Assembly (NCBI GenBank): GCA_963739245.1
Contig: CAVTZP010000005.1
Span: forward strand, 153,314 to 217,313
Length of the DNA stretch: 64,000 bases
Origin: an uncultured delta proteobacterium
GTDB taxonomy: Bacteria > Chloroflexota > Dehalococcoidia > Dehalococcoidales > BS750m-G39
Reading direction: 5' to 3'
This document shows, one piece after another, positions 35,768-45,402 of the stretch. The position numbers and the translations under genes were made by a program. The notes below the pieces were generated by a model that made no database searches, was not told where the DNA came from, and worked only from the letters and a program-made list of their open reading frames with translations. The first letter of the stretch is position 1. The number at the start of each line of letters is the position of its first letter.

Positions 35768-38419
35768 ATGTTTAAGTGGTTGGGTGGACTTGGTGACTCA
35801 AATGAGAAAGAGCTGGGGCGGCTACAGCCAATAGTAGAGCGGATAAATTCTCTTGAGCCTGAATTTGAGAAGCGTTCCGATGCTGAGCTTCGTGCCAAGA
35901 CTGACGAATTTAAGGCTAGACTCAAGGACGGCAATTCGCTTGACGAGCTCCTTCCCGAGGCTTTTGCCGCCGTTCGTGAGGCCGCCAGGCGGACTATTGG
36001 TCAGCGTCACTTTGATGTCCAGCTGATGGGGGGCATTGTCCTTCATCAGGGCAAAATCGCCGAGATGAAGACCGGCGAGGGCAAGACCCTGGTAGCTACC
36101 CTCCCCTTGTATCTAAACTCTCTTTCCGGTCAGGGTTGCCATCTGGCTACGGTTAATGATTATCTGGCTCGGCGCGACCCCTACTGGATGGGGCCCATCT
36201 ACTACGCCCTAGGGGTAAGCGTAGCCAGTATTTACCCCCAGACCCCGGATGAACATGCCCCAGCCCGCCTTTATGACCCCGGCTATGATTCAGGTAAGGA
36301 AAACGACCGCTGGCACCATTTCCGTCCTATCCCCCGCAAGGAGGCTTATCAGGCAGATATCACCTATGGCACCAGTAGCGAGTTCGGCTTTGACTATCTG
36401 CGGGAGAACATGGTCTTAGACCTGTCCCAGTGTGTCCAGCGCCCCTTAAATTATGCCATCGTTGATGAGGTAGATTATCTCCTTATTGACGAAGCAAGAA
36501 CCCCGCTTATTATCAGCGCCCCGGATGTAGAGGCAGGACAGCTATACCAGCTCTTTGCCCGCCTTGCTCCCAGCCTGAAGAGGGGGAAGGAAGGGGAGGA
36601 GGTGGGTTATGATTATACCATCGATGAAAAGGAACGCAATATAAAAGAGATAACTGAAGCCGGCTATGGCAATGTGGAGAGGATATTAAAGCGGGAAGGG
36701 GTACTGAAATCAGGCAGCCTCTATTCTGACGAAGCTAGTGCCGTGCTTCTCCACCACCTGAGAAATGCCCTCAGTGCTAAGGAATTTTACCGGAGGGATA
36801 AAGAGTATGTCGTCAAGGATGGGGAGGTTATCATTGTTGATGAGTTCACTGGCCGGCTGATGTATGGTCGCCGCTATGAGAGGGGGCTGCACCAGGCGAT
36901 AGAAGCCAAGGAGCGGGTCAGGGTTCAGCAGGAAAGTAGAACCTTTGCCACCATTACCATCCAGAACTACTTTCGCATGTACCAGAAGCTGGCAGGCATG
37001 ACCGGCACTGCCGTCACCGAGGCTGAGGAGTTTCATAAGATATATAAGCTTGAGGTAGTGGTTATCCCCACCCACCGGCCAATGGTTCGCGAGGACTCCC
37101 CCGACCAGATTTACAAGGATGAGGAGGCTAAGTTCAGGGCGGTGGTGCGTGAGATTGAGGAGCTTCATAAAGAGAACCGCCCGGTGCTGGTGGGCACGGT
37201 TTCTATTGAGAATTCAGTAAAACTTGGCGAGCTTTTAAAGAGAAGGGGTATTCCTCATGAGGTGCTTAATGCCAAACAGCATGAGAAGGAGGCATATATC
37301 GTTGCCCAGGCAGGACAGCCGGGGGCAGTAACCGTCGCCACCAATATGGCGGGGCGGGGTGTTGATATTATACTGGGGGGAAATCCGGAAGGGCAGGATG
37401 AGGCTGAGTGGCAGGAAAAACATAATAAGGTGGTAGCCCTTGGCGGGCTTCATGTTATTGGCACCGAACGCCATGAGGCGAGGCGAATTGATAACCAGCT
37501 CCGGGGTAGAACCGGGCGTCAGGGTGACCCGGGGAGTTCTCGCTTTTACGTCTCTTTAGGGGATGATGTTGTCCGGCGCTTTGGTGGCGACCGGATTAAG
37601 GGCTTGATGGAGTGGGTGGGGATGGATGAGGATACCCCGATTGAGAATAAGCTGGTCAACCACGCTATTGAAAATTCCCAGGTCAAGGTGGAAGGCTACC
37701 ACTTTGATATTCGTAAGCACCTGGTAGAGTATGACGATGTCATTAATAAGCACCGCGAGGTTATCTATAGTGAGCGAAGAAAGCTCTTAGAGGGTGCCGA
37801 CCTCAAGGCCAATATCCTGTCAATGGTCAGGGAGGAGCTCCAGGGTGTAGTCGCTGCTTACCACACTGGCGGGTACGGCGAGGGCTGGGACGTAGACGGC
37901 CTGGTCGGCGAAGTTTCCACCATCCTCCCCCTGCCCCCGGAGCTTAATGCCGCTACCCTCTCCCCGATGAAGCCGAAGGAGATTGAAGACAAGCTTATTG
38001 AGCTGGCAGAGGCTCTTTATGAGCAGCGGGAGAAAGAATTAGGCTCAGAGAATATGAGGATACTGGAGCGGCTGGTGATGCTCCGCACCATAGACAACTT
38101 TTGGGTGGAGCACCTGACGGCGATGGAGCATATGCGTGAGGGGATAGGGCTGGTGGCGGTCGGTCAGCGCGACCCGCTGGTTGCCTATAAGACGGAGGGG
38201 CATGCTATGTTTCAGGGCCTTTTGTCGGATATTCAGCATGCTGTAGTTCATACCATTTATCATGTCGGCATAGCCAGGCAGGAAGCTCCCCAGAAGGCCC
38301 CCACGCCAGTTCAGGCTAGTGGCAAGCAGCAGCAAAAGGTTGGGGGCAAAAAAGTAGGCAGAAACGCCCCCTGCCCCTGCGGCTCAGGGAAGAAGTACAA
38401 GCATTGCTGCGGGAGGTGA
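35768..38419 (+). CDS. secA: Preprotein translocase ATPase SecA
   Basis: MKTGEGKTLVATLP, DEVDYLLIDEARTPLIIS and the C-terminal zinc motif CPCGSGKKYKHCCG. Confidence 0.95.
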   Translation: MFKWLGGLGDSNEKELGRLQPIVERINSLEPEFEKRSDAELRAKTDEFKARLKDGNSLDELLPEAFAAVREAARRTIGQRHFDVQLMGGIVLHQGKIAEMKTGEGKTLVATLPLYLNSLSGQGCHLATVNDYLARRDPYWMGPIYYALGVSVASIYPQTPDEHAPARLYDPGYDSGKENDRWHHFRPIPRKEAYQADITYGTSSEFGFDYLRENMVLDLSQCVQRPLNYAIVDEVDYLLIDEARTPLIISAPDVEAGQLYQLFARLAPSLKRGKEGEEVGYDYTIDEKERNIKEITEAGYGNVERILKREGVLKSGSLYSDEASAVLLHHLRNALSAKEFYRRDKEYVVKDGEVIIVDEFTGRLMYGRRYERGLHQAIEAKERVRVQQESRTFATITIQNYFRMYQKLAGMTGTAVTEAEEFHKIYKLEVVVIPTHRPMVREDSPDQIYKDEEAKFRAVVREIEELHKENRPVLVGTVSIENSVKLGELLKRRGIPHEVLNAKQHEKEAYIVAQAGQPGAVTVATNMAGRGVDIILGGNPEGQDEAEWQEKHNKVVALGGLHVIGTERHEARRIDNQLRGRTGRQGDPGSSRFYVSLGDDVVRRFGGDRIKGLMEWVGMDEDTPIENKLVNHAIENSQVKVEGYHFDIRKHLVEYDDVINKHREVIYSERRKLLEGADLKANILSMVREELQGVVAAYHTGGYGEGWDVDGLVGEVSTILPLPPELNAATLSPMKPKEIEDKLIELAEALYEQREKELGSENMRILERLVMLRTIDNFWVEHLTAMEHMREGIGLVAVGQRDPLVAYKTEGHAMFQGLLSDIQHAVVHTIYHVGIARQEAPQKAPTPVQASGKQQQKVGGKKVGRNAPCPCGSGKKYKHCCGR

Positions 38420-38440
38420 AGTAAAAGGAGGTGGTTACTT

Positions 38441-39520
38441 ATGGCACAAATTAGAATAAAGGTTGTAGAAGATGTTTGTCTTAGTTACAAAGTATATCGT
38501 GGGAGTGTGAAGGCTTGTGATTTAGAACCGGCAACATGGCTAGACTTCTACGATGAGGAAGTAAACCCGATGGGGTACCAGCGTCCTTTTAGTGAGAAAA
38601 GGAGTCAGGATGCTGCTAATTACGCGGAAACACCTGAAGCTTTTTGGCCAGAATCAATATTAGCGATAAGAGACAACGTGGAAGTAGATAATGAAGATGA
38701 CAAAGTAACATACAATTTCATACCGGTATCGGCAGGAAGCAAGGTTGGAGAACTAATTGTCGATTATAACGACCAGAGAGTAGAGACAATAGGCAATCAA
38801 GTCTTTAAATGGAGAAGGGCGTTCAGTCAGGTGGACTGTCAGCATAGACTGGGTAAAATGGGTAATAGCGATAAATCTGTAACAGTTTGCATAATTCCGG
38901 GGATTAATATAAAACAAGAGGCGATTATTTTTAAAACAATAAATGATAAGCAGAAAAGGGTTAGCACGTCTCTAGTGGATGCAATTATTCAGTTGTCTCA
39001 AAGTCCGCTTGAGGCACCAGAGGTACATTGGGCGTTTGCTATGAGTAGAGATGTGGGTAGTTGTTTCTACAAAAAAGTAAATATGGAAGGACGAAATATA
39101 ATTGGGCAAAGATATTTGGTCACTTTGCGGACGTTACAAACAAGTGTATCTTTATTAGTGGGGGGCAAGAGATTCATAGGTGCAAATATGAATGATATGG
39201 CAGCATATGATCAGTTCTATATTCTGATAAGAAACTATTGGAATGAAGTAAAGAATCTGTGGCCAAACGAGTTTTTGGATACAAGAAACTTTAAATTAAT
39301 GATGGTGCCGGGTATAAAAGGTTTAGCAAGATACAGCCGAAAAATGTTTAAAGAAGCATTTGAGGTGGGAAGCAATAGTACAGACCTTACAAGTAGAATA
39401 AATCAAGTTGGAGCGCATGTTATGGACTGGAGCTCAACGGGAGAGTTGAAAGAGGCTACCGGAAATAAAGGTGCGAAACCCGTGTATGAATTGCTAGTTC
39501 GAAATTACGGCGTTCCGTAG
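38441..39520 (+). CDS. DGQHR-domain (DndB-like, ParB/Srx fold) protein
   Basis: GYQRP near the N-terminus, the variant DGQHR box QVDCQHRLG, and FKTINDKQKRVS. The gene is clearly AT-richer than secA and polX by eye. Confidence 0.55.
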   Translation: MAQIRIKVVEDVCLSYKVYRGSVKACDLEPATWLDFYDEEVNPMGYQRPFSEKRSQDAANYAETPEAFWPESILAIRDNVEVDNEDDKVTYNFIPVSAGSKVGELIVDYNDQRVETIGNQVFKWRRAFSQVDCQHRLGKMGNSDKSVTVCIIPGINIKQEAIIFKTINDKQKRVSTSLVDAIIQLSQSPLEAPEVHWAFAMSRDVGSCFYKKVNMEGRNIIGQRYLVTLRTLQTSVSLLVGGKRFIGANMNDMAAYDQFYILIRNYWNEVKNLWPNEFLDTRNFKLMMVPGIKGLARYSRKMFKEAFEVGSNSTDLTSRINQVGAHVMDWSSTGELKEATGNKGAKPVYELLVRNYGVP

Positions 39521-39565
39521 ATTATTTAGTAGTTGTTCTGTACTCATAGGTGTAGGTTCATCCCC

Positions 39566-41281
39566 ATGAACAACAAGCAGATTGCCAAGGTCTTTGAGGA
39601 TATTGCTGACCTCCTGGAGCTAAAGGGGGAGAACCCGTTTAAAATTCGGGCTTACCAGAGAGTAGTCCGCTCTATTGAGCACCTGCCCGTGGAAATAGAG
39701 CAACTGGTCAGGGAGGACAGGCTGGGGGAAATCCCCGGGGTGGGGGAGGCAATCACCAAGAAGCTCACCGAGCTGGTAACTACCGGCAAGCTTGACTACT
39801 ACGAAAAGCTAAAGGCTGAGTTCCCCGAAGGCATCAGCACCCTGCTTGGTATCCCCGGCGTCGGCCCCAAGACGGCAATGCTCCTCTCCAGTGAGCTTGA
39901 CATAAAGACAATAGATGAGCTTGAGGCGGCGATTGTTGGCGGGGAGGTGGCGAGGCTCTACCGCATGGGGGACAAGACGGCGGAGAATATTTTGCACCAG
40001 ATTCAAGCCATGAGAAGAAAAGACCAGCGCATCCCTATCGGTGAGGCAATGCCAATAGTGGACGAGGTCTTGTCCCGGCTGGGAGAGGTGCGTGGGGTTA
40101 AGAACCTGGTTCCCGCCGGAAGCCTGCGCCGTTTCCTGGAGACGGTGGGCGATATTGACCTCATGGGGACGGCCGATGATGCCACCGAGGTAATGCATAC
40201 TTTTACCACCTTGCCGATGGTCAAGGAGGTCCTGGTCAGCGGCACAACTAAATCAAGCGTGGTCGTCTCCGGCGGGCTTCAGGTTGACTTTAGAATTGTG
40301 GAGCACGACTCGTTTGGCTCTTTGCTCCAGTATTTCACCGGAAGTAAGCAGCACAATATTAACCTGCGGGAGAGGGCGCACCGCCGGGGACTGAAACTAA
40401 CTGAATACGGCATCACCGACCTGGCGACGGGTAAGCTGGAAAAGTTTGCCACCGAGGAAGCCTTCTATCAGCGGCAGGGGCTTGAGCTGATGCCCCCGGA
40501 GATACGGGAAGGTGGGGAGGAGATAGCGAGGGCGGAGGCGGGCACCTTGCCCGAGCTAGTAGAGCTATCGGATATAAAGGGAGACTTTCATGTTCATACC
40601 GATTGGAGCGATGGGCGCGACAGCATTGAGGCCATGGTACTAGCGGCTAAAGCCCTCGGTTATAAGTATGTGGGAATCTCCGAACACTCCAGCGGGCGCG
40701 GCATTGCCCACGGGCTGGATGCCAAGAGGCTGAGGCAGCAAATGTCAGAGATTAAACAGCTCAACCAGAAAATCGGCGGCATTCATCTCTTTTGCGGTAT
40801 GGAGGTGGACATTCGCGCCGATGGCACTCTAGATATGCCTGACGAGCTTCTTGAGGAGCTTGACATTGTTATTGCCGCCGTTCACTCGGCGATGAACCAG
40901 AGCCAAGAGCAGATGACAAAACGGATTATACTGGCGATGGAAAATCCTAATGTCGACGTGGTGGCGCACCCAACCTCCCGCCTGTTGCCGGGGAGAGAGC
41001 CAGTGGCGGCAGATATGGAGGCTATCTTCCAGGCAGCAGTTAGAACTAATACTGCCCTGGAAATCAACGCCATGCCCAGCCGACTTGACCTCAAGGATAT
41101 CCATGCCTATCGGGCGAGGGAGCTGGGGGTAAAGCTAGTAATTAACACCGATGCCCACTGCACCGAGCATCTGAGATTTATGCGCTTTGGGGTGGAGGTA
41201 GCCCGGCGGGGGTGGTGTCAGGCGCCGGATATACTGAATACCAGACCACTGAAAGAGGTCATCGCTTATTTAAGGAAATAA
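39566..41281 (+). CDS. polX: Family X DNA polymerase with a C-terminal PHP domain
   Basis: HhH N-terminus (IAKVFEDIADLLELKGENPFKIRAYQR), GSLRR...GDIDL catalytic aspartates, and PHP motifs (HVHTDWSDG, AVHS, NTDAH). Confidence 0.85.
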   Translation: MNNKQIAKVFEDIADLLELKGENPFKIRAYQRVVRSIEHLPVEIEQLVREDRLGEIPGVGEAITKKLTELVTTGKLDYYEKLKAEFPEGISTLLGIPGVGPKTAMLLSSELDIKTIDELEAAIVGGEVARLYRMGDKTAENILHQIQAMRRKDQRIPIGEAMPIVDEVLSRLGEVRGVKNLVPAGSLRRFLETVGDIDLMGTADDATEVMHTFTTLPMVKEVLVSGTTKSSVVVSGGLQVDFRIVEHDSFGSLLQYFTGSKQHNINLRERAHRRGLKLTEYGITDLATGKLEKFATEEAFYQRQGLELMPPEIREGGEEIARAEAGTLPELVELSDIKGDFHVHTDWSDGRDSIEAMVLAAKALGYKYVGISEHSSGRGIAHGLDAKRLRQQMSEIKQLNQKIGGIHLFCGMEVDIRADGTLDMPDELLEELDIVIAAVHSAMNQSQEQMTKRIILAMENPNVDVVAHPTSRLLPGREPVAADMEAIFQAAVRTNTALEINAMPSRLDLKDIHAYRARELGVKLVINTDAHCTEHLRFMRFGVEVARRGWCQAPDILNTRPLKEVIAYLRK

Positions 41282-41285
41282 GTCA

Positions 41286-41966
41286 ATGCCAACTCACAGC
41301 CTAACGGCAACCCGCAGTAATATTGAGGCAATAAGACACCTGGAGCAGGCAATCATAGGTGGCAAGCACTGGTATATTGCCCTGCTTGAGGCTATCCGGC
41401 TATGGACGGAGAGCGAGGAGACCTATAACGGCCGCTATTACTGCTATCTTATTGATGGCGAAGCCTTTGACTGGCTGCTTCTGGCGGAGCGGCTATGTGA
41501 GGCGGTAGATGACCTGGTGCCTGAGGAGGGAAAGCTCGCTCTCCTCTTCCGTAGCCAACCACCAATTAGATTGACCAAGGAGAGATTCAAGGAGCTTATC
41601 GGCGGGGCTAAATACCGTCAGTACCTGAACTACTTTTATGGCATTACTGTGGAGGAGGCTCTGATTCTGGCAGTACGGGGGGAGGTGCGCAAGGAGAGAC
41701 GCACCTCAGGCTATAATAATGAGCAGAATCTGGTTAATGAGGTCTATCACCGAATATACGGTGCGACCAAAGCGACATTGCTTAAGCGTTTCCGTCGGGA
41801 GAAGGGCTATCCACAACTCAGGTCTATCACCCTGACCGAACTCAAGGAGTTTGCCTACTGGCTATTTAAGTATCGGCTGAAGAACTGTGATAAGGCAAGG
41901 GTTGCCAGTGACACCAAGAAGGCGCTGGTACAATTGGTGGCTAACGGTTTCTCCAGCTTTAGCTAA
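41286..41966 (+). CDS. Hypothetical protein (226 aa), probably co-transcribed with polX
   Basis: It starts 4 nt after polX. It is Trp/Tyr-rich with no recognised domain. Its 3' end overlaps the convergent valS by 8 nt. Confidence 0.55.
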   Translation: MPTHSLTATRSNIEAIRHLEQAIIGGKHWYIALLEAIRLWTESEETYNGRYYCYLIDGEAFDWLLLAERLCEAVDDLVPEEGKLALLFRSQPPIRLTKERFKELIGGAKYRQYLNYFYGITVEEALILAVRGEVRKERRTSGYNNEQNLVNEVYHRIYGATKATLLKRFRREKGYPQLRSITLTELKEFAYWLFKYRLKNCDKARVASDTKKALVQLVANGFSSFS

Positions 41967-44634
41967 GTTTATCCAAACCTTGTTTTAGCCTTTCCAGCTT
42001 ATCTTTTCTTGTCGTTAGTTTATCTCGTTCCCGGTCAACCACTGCCGCGGGTGCCTTGTTGAGAAAGGCTTTGTCCTTGAGCCTGGCTTCAATGGCGGCA
42101 ATCTCGGTCTGGCTCTTTTCTATCTCCGTCTGCAGCCGTTTCTGCTCCGCTTCAAGGTCAACCATACTTTCCATTGGTATAACTATTTCAGACTCTTTTA
42201 GCACCAACGCCACGATATTTTCACCCCTTGGGGCTTCCTCTCGGCTATCCAGGAAAGTAATCGGTCTTGCCCGGGCTAGGGTCTGGATTACCTCGGAATA
42301 GGCAGTTATAGCCGACTTCAGCTCGCCAGCATAGACCTGGACCTCAATCCATCGGGCGCTCTCCACCTTATGTTCAGCGCGGACATTGCGGATAGAGTGT
42401 ATTATTTCTATTATCGATTCCATAACCCGCTCCGCTTCCGGGTCAATAGCCTTTTTATCTGCCTCAGGGTAAGCTGATATCATTATGGACTCGGTTTTCT
42501 GCCAGCCTGAGGGCAGGCGCTGTTTAACACTTTGCCATAGCTCTTCGGTGACGAAGGGCATATAGGGGTGTAGCAATCGGAGCGAGGTCTCCAGAACATG
42601 AACCAGAACGGGGAGGGGGGATGGCACTTCCCTGGAGCGCAGACGAATCTTGGCCAGCTCAACATACCAGTCGCAGTATTCGCCCCAGAGGAAATCGTGG
42701 ATTTGCCCCAGGGCTTCCCCAAACTGGAAGTTCTCCATCAATCTGGTTACTGAGGATATAGTGCGACTAAGGCGGCTTAGAATCCAGCGGTCTTCAAGAG
42801 GGAGCGTGCTCCACTGAATCTTAATATCGCTGCCTTCAGGCTCGATGCTCCTGACGACAAACCGGGTGGCGTTCCACAGCTTGTTGGCAAAGTTGCGGCC
42901 AGCCTCCAGTTTTGATGGTGACAGCTTGATGTCATTTCCTGGAGCAGTGCCGGTGGCAATAGCGAAGCGCAGGGCATCAGTGCCATATTTCTCCATGGTG
43001 TCAATGGGGTTAAGCACGTTGCCCCTGACTTTACTCATCTTTTCCCCCTTCTCGTCCCGCAGCAAACCGTGAAGGTAAACGGTGCGGAAGGGGATATCGC
43101 CGGTATCCTCAAGACCCATCATAATCATCCTGGCGACCCAGAAAAATAGAATGTCATAGCCAGTTTCCATTACTGTGGTCGGGTAGAAGTAGCGCCGGTC
43201 TTCGGTATCATCCGGCCAGCCCAGGGTGGAGTGAGTCCACAGCGCCGAGCTGAACCAGGTATCAAGGACGTCCGGGTCCTGCTCGATATTAGTTGAGCCG
43301 CAGTGGCTACAGGATTTCGCCTCATCAACGCTCACGGTCAGTTCGCCGCAGCCCTGGCAATACCAGACCGGGATTTGGTGTCCCCACCATAGCTGGCGGC
43401 TGATGCACCAGTCGCGGATGTTCTCCAGCCAGTTAAGATAGACCTTATTAAAGCGCTCGGGGATAATAGTAATGCGCCCGCTGGTGACAGCATCAATCGC
43501 CGATTTAGCCAGAGATGGCATCTTAACAAACCACTGTTTGCTGGCGAGAGGCTCAATAATTGTCTGGCAGCGCATACAGTGTCCCACCGAGTGCGAATAC
43601 GGCTCAATCTTCACCAGAAGCCCGGCCTTTTCCAGGTCAGCTAATATCGCCTGACGGCAGGCAGACCGGTCGAGCCCGGCATATTTCCCGGCGTTTTTAT
43701 TCATCGTTACGTCCGGGTTTAGTATATTTACCATCGGTAGTTCATGACGCTGGGCGACCTCAAAGTCCACCGGGTCATGGGCGGGGGTGATTTTTACCGC
43801 CCCGGTGCCAAAATTAGGGTCAACGGCTTCATCGGCAATAATCGGTATTACTCTATTCACTGCGGGGAGGGTAACCTTTTTACCGAGCATGGCCTTGAAA
43901 CGCTTATCCTTGGGGTTGACCGCTACCGCAGTATCGCCAAGTATGGTCTCGGGGCGGGTGGTAGCTACGGTGATAAATCCCTTATCGCCTTCAGCCAGGG
44001 GGTATTTGACATAATATAGATTTCCCGGTATATCTTTATGGTCGACCTCAAGGTCAGATAGGGCGGTAGCACAGCGGGGGCACCAGTTAATAATCCGCTC
44101 CCCGCGGTAGATTAAGCCCTTGTTATATAGCTGCACGAAGGCAGTGCGCACTGCCCGGCTTGGTCCCTCATCCAGGGTAAATTTCTCCCGGCTCCAGTCG
44201 CAGGATGACCCCACCCTCTGCTCTTGCTTGGTAATCGTTTTGCGGCATTCTTCTGCCCACTGGTACATTCTTTTGAGGAACTTCTCTCTACCCAGCTTAT
44301 GGCGGTCTGTCCCTTCTTTAGCCAGCTGTTGCTCCACCACTACCTGAGCGGCGATACCGGCGTGGTCAATTCCGGGCAGCCACAGGGCTGGCTCTCCTTT
44401 CATACGATGCCAGCGGGTCATGATGTCTTCCGGGGTAAGGAAACAGACGTGCCCCATGTGAAGCTCGCCGGTGACATTGGGCAGGGGCATAATGACAACG
44501 AAGGGCTTCTTTTTGGGGTCTATCTTTGGGGTAAAGTAGCCCTTCTCCAGCCAGAGTTTATACCATTTCTGCTCTACTTTGGCTGGTTCATAGGCTTTGG
44601 GCATCTCTTGTTCAATTTTCGGTGCTTCTGGCAT
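41959..44634 (-). CDS. valS: Valine--tRNA ligase
   Basis: HMGH and KMSKVRGN class I motifs, an editing domain and a C-terminal coiled coil. Confidence 0.95.
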   Translation of the reverse strand: MPEAPKIEQEMPKAYEPAKVEQKWYKLWLEKGYFTPKIDPKKKPFVVIMPLPNVTGELHMGHVCFLTPEDIMTRWHRMKGEPALWLPGIDHAGIAAQVVVEQQLAKEGTDRHKLGREKFLKRMYQWAEECRKTITKQEQRVGSSCDWSREKFTLDEGPSRAVRTAFVQLYNKGLIYRGERIINWCPRCATALSDLEVDHKDIPGNLYYVKYPLAEGDKGFITVATTRPETILGDTAVAVNPKDKRFKAMLGKKVTLPAVNRVIPIIADEAVDPNFGTGAVKITPAHDPVDFEVAQRHELPMVNILNPDVTMNKNAGKYAGLDRSACRQAILADLEKAGLLVKIEPYSHSVGHCMRCQTIIEPLASKQWFVKMPSLAKSAIDAVTSGRITIIPERFNKVYLNWLENIRDWCISRQLWWGHQIPVWYCQGCGELTVSVDEAKSCSHCGSTNIEQDPDVLDTWFSSALWTHSTLGWPDDTEDRRYFYPTTVMETGYDILFFWVARMIMMGLEDTGDIPFRTVYLHGLLRDEKGEKMSKVRGNVLNPIDTMEKYGTDALRFAIATGTAPGNDIKLSPSKLEAGRNFANKLWNATRFVVRSIEPEGSDIKIQWSTLPLEDRWILSRLSRTISSVTRLMENFQFGEALGQIHDFLWGEYCDWYVELAKIRLRSREVPSPLPVLVHVLETSLRLLHPYMPFVTEELWQSVKQRLPSGWQKTESIMISAYPEADKKAIDPEAERVMESIIEIIHSIRNVRAEHKVESARWIEVQVYAGELKSAITAYSEVIQTLARARPITFLDSREEAPRGENIVALVLKESEIVIPMESMVDLEAEQKRLQTEIEKSQTEIAAIEARLKDKAFLNKAPAAVVDRERDKLTTRKDKLERLKQGLDKLS

Positions 44635-44656
44635 AGTTTCCTTTCAGGATTTTATG

Positions 44657-44735
44657 AACCTCACCCCCTGTATCCCCCTCTCCTTGTTAGGAGAGGGGGA
44701 GGAGATTTTTAGAGAGGGGGCGAAGCCCCCTCTCT
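44657..44735. repeat. Composite GC-rich hairpin element, copy D
   Basis: AACCTCACCCCC at 44657-44668. Hairpins CCCCCTCTCCT/AGGAGAGGGGG at 44674-44699 and AGAGAGGGGGC/GCCCCCTCTCT at 44711-44735. Confidence 0.8.
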
Positions 44736-44788
44736 TTAACTCTTCCTCTTATCGCGACCCTGCAATAAATAGCTGCAGTTTTCATAGT

Positions 44789-45391
44789 TTACCCCTTGTC
44801 CCAAAAATCTGAATCATTTAGGGACGCTGGACTTTCTAGATACCATGCGGGAATCAATCGGTCAATAAATGCTAACATTTCGGTAATGTGAGTGACACCT
44901 TGATTGGCACGCCAAATCGTGTCTTTTATTGAACCCAGCCTGAACTTTTTACTTTCTTTGGCAGAACATACCGTATCTACCAAACACATACCTTCGTAGT
45001 AATACTGAGCACCAATAGTAAGAATCTCTTTCAACCATTCAGGCAAATGGTCATAGGAAGCTTTATTTATCAAGCCTTTGGCTTGCCCATGCCAATGCTG
45101 AGTGTTTATTTTAATATCGGCATCGTTTGACTTGACCAATTCCCTCAACTTCTTCTCATTATCAATCAGCAACTCTAGATCTTTCTTCCAGCCCTCTAGA
45201 TAATTCTGTACATGTATTATTGAGTAGGCTCTAGGTAGGTTAGATATTACACTCGCTCGTTGAGATTCCCGTAAATTAGCTTCGCCTAATTGGACAGACT
45301 TACGAGTGAGGTAAGTTTGCCAGCCGACAAAACATAAAGCTAGTAAGTTGACTATCCCCACACCTATTGCGATTATTGCTGGAGCTTCCAT
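44789..45391 (-). CDS. Hypothetical protein (200 aa) with an N-terminal TM anchor; AT-rich single-gene insert
   Basis: ORF with an N-terminal hydrophobic segment (IIAIGVGIVNLLALCFVGW). No recognised domain. Confidence 0.5.
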   Translation of the reverse strand: MEAPAIIAIGVGIVNLLALCFVGWQTYLTRKSVQLGEANLRESQRASVISNLPRAYSIIHVQNYLEGWKKDLELLIDNEKKLRELVKSNDADIKINTQHWHGQAKGLINKASYDHLPEWLKEILTIGAQYYYEGMCLVDTVCSAKESKKFRLGSIKDTIWRANQGVTHITEMLAFIDRLIPAWYLESPASLNDSDFWDKG

Positions 45392-45402
45392 TTCCTTACT
45401 CC

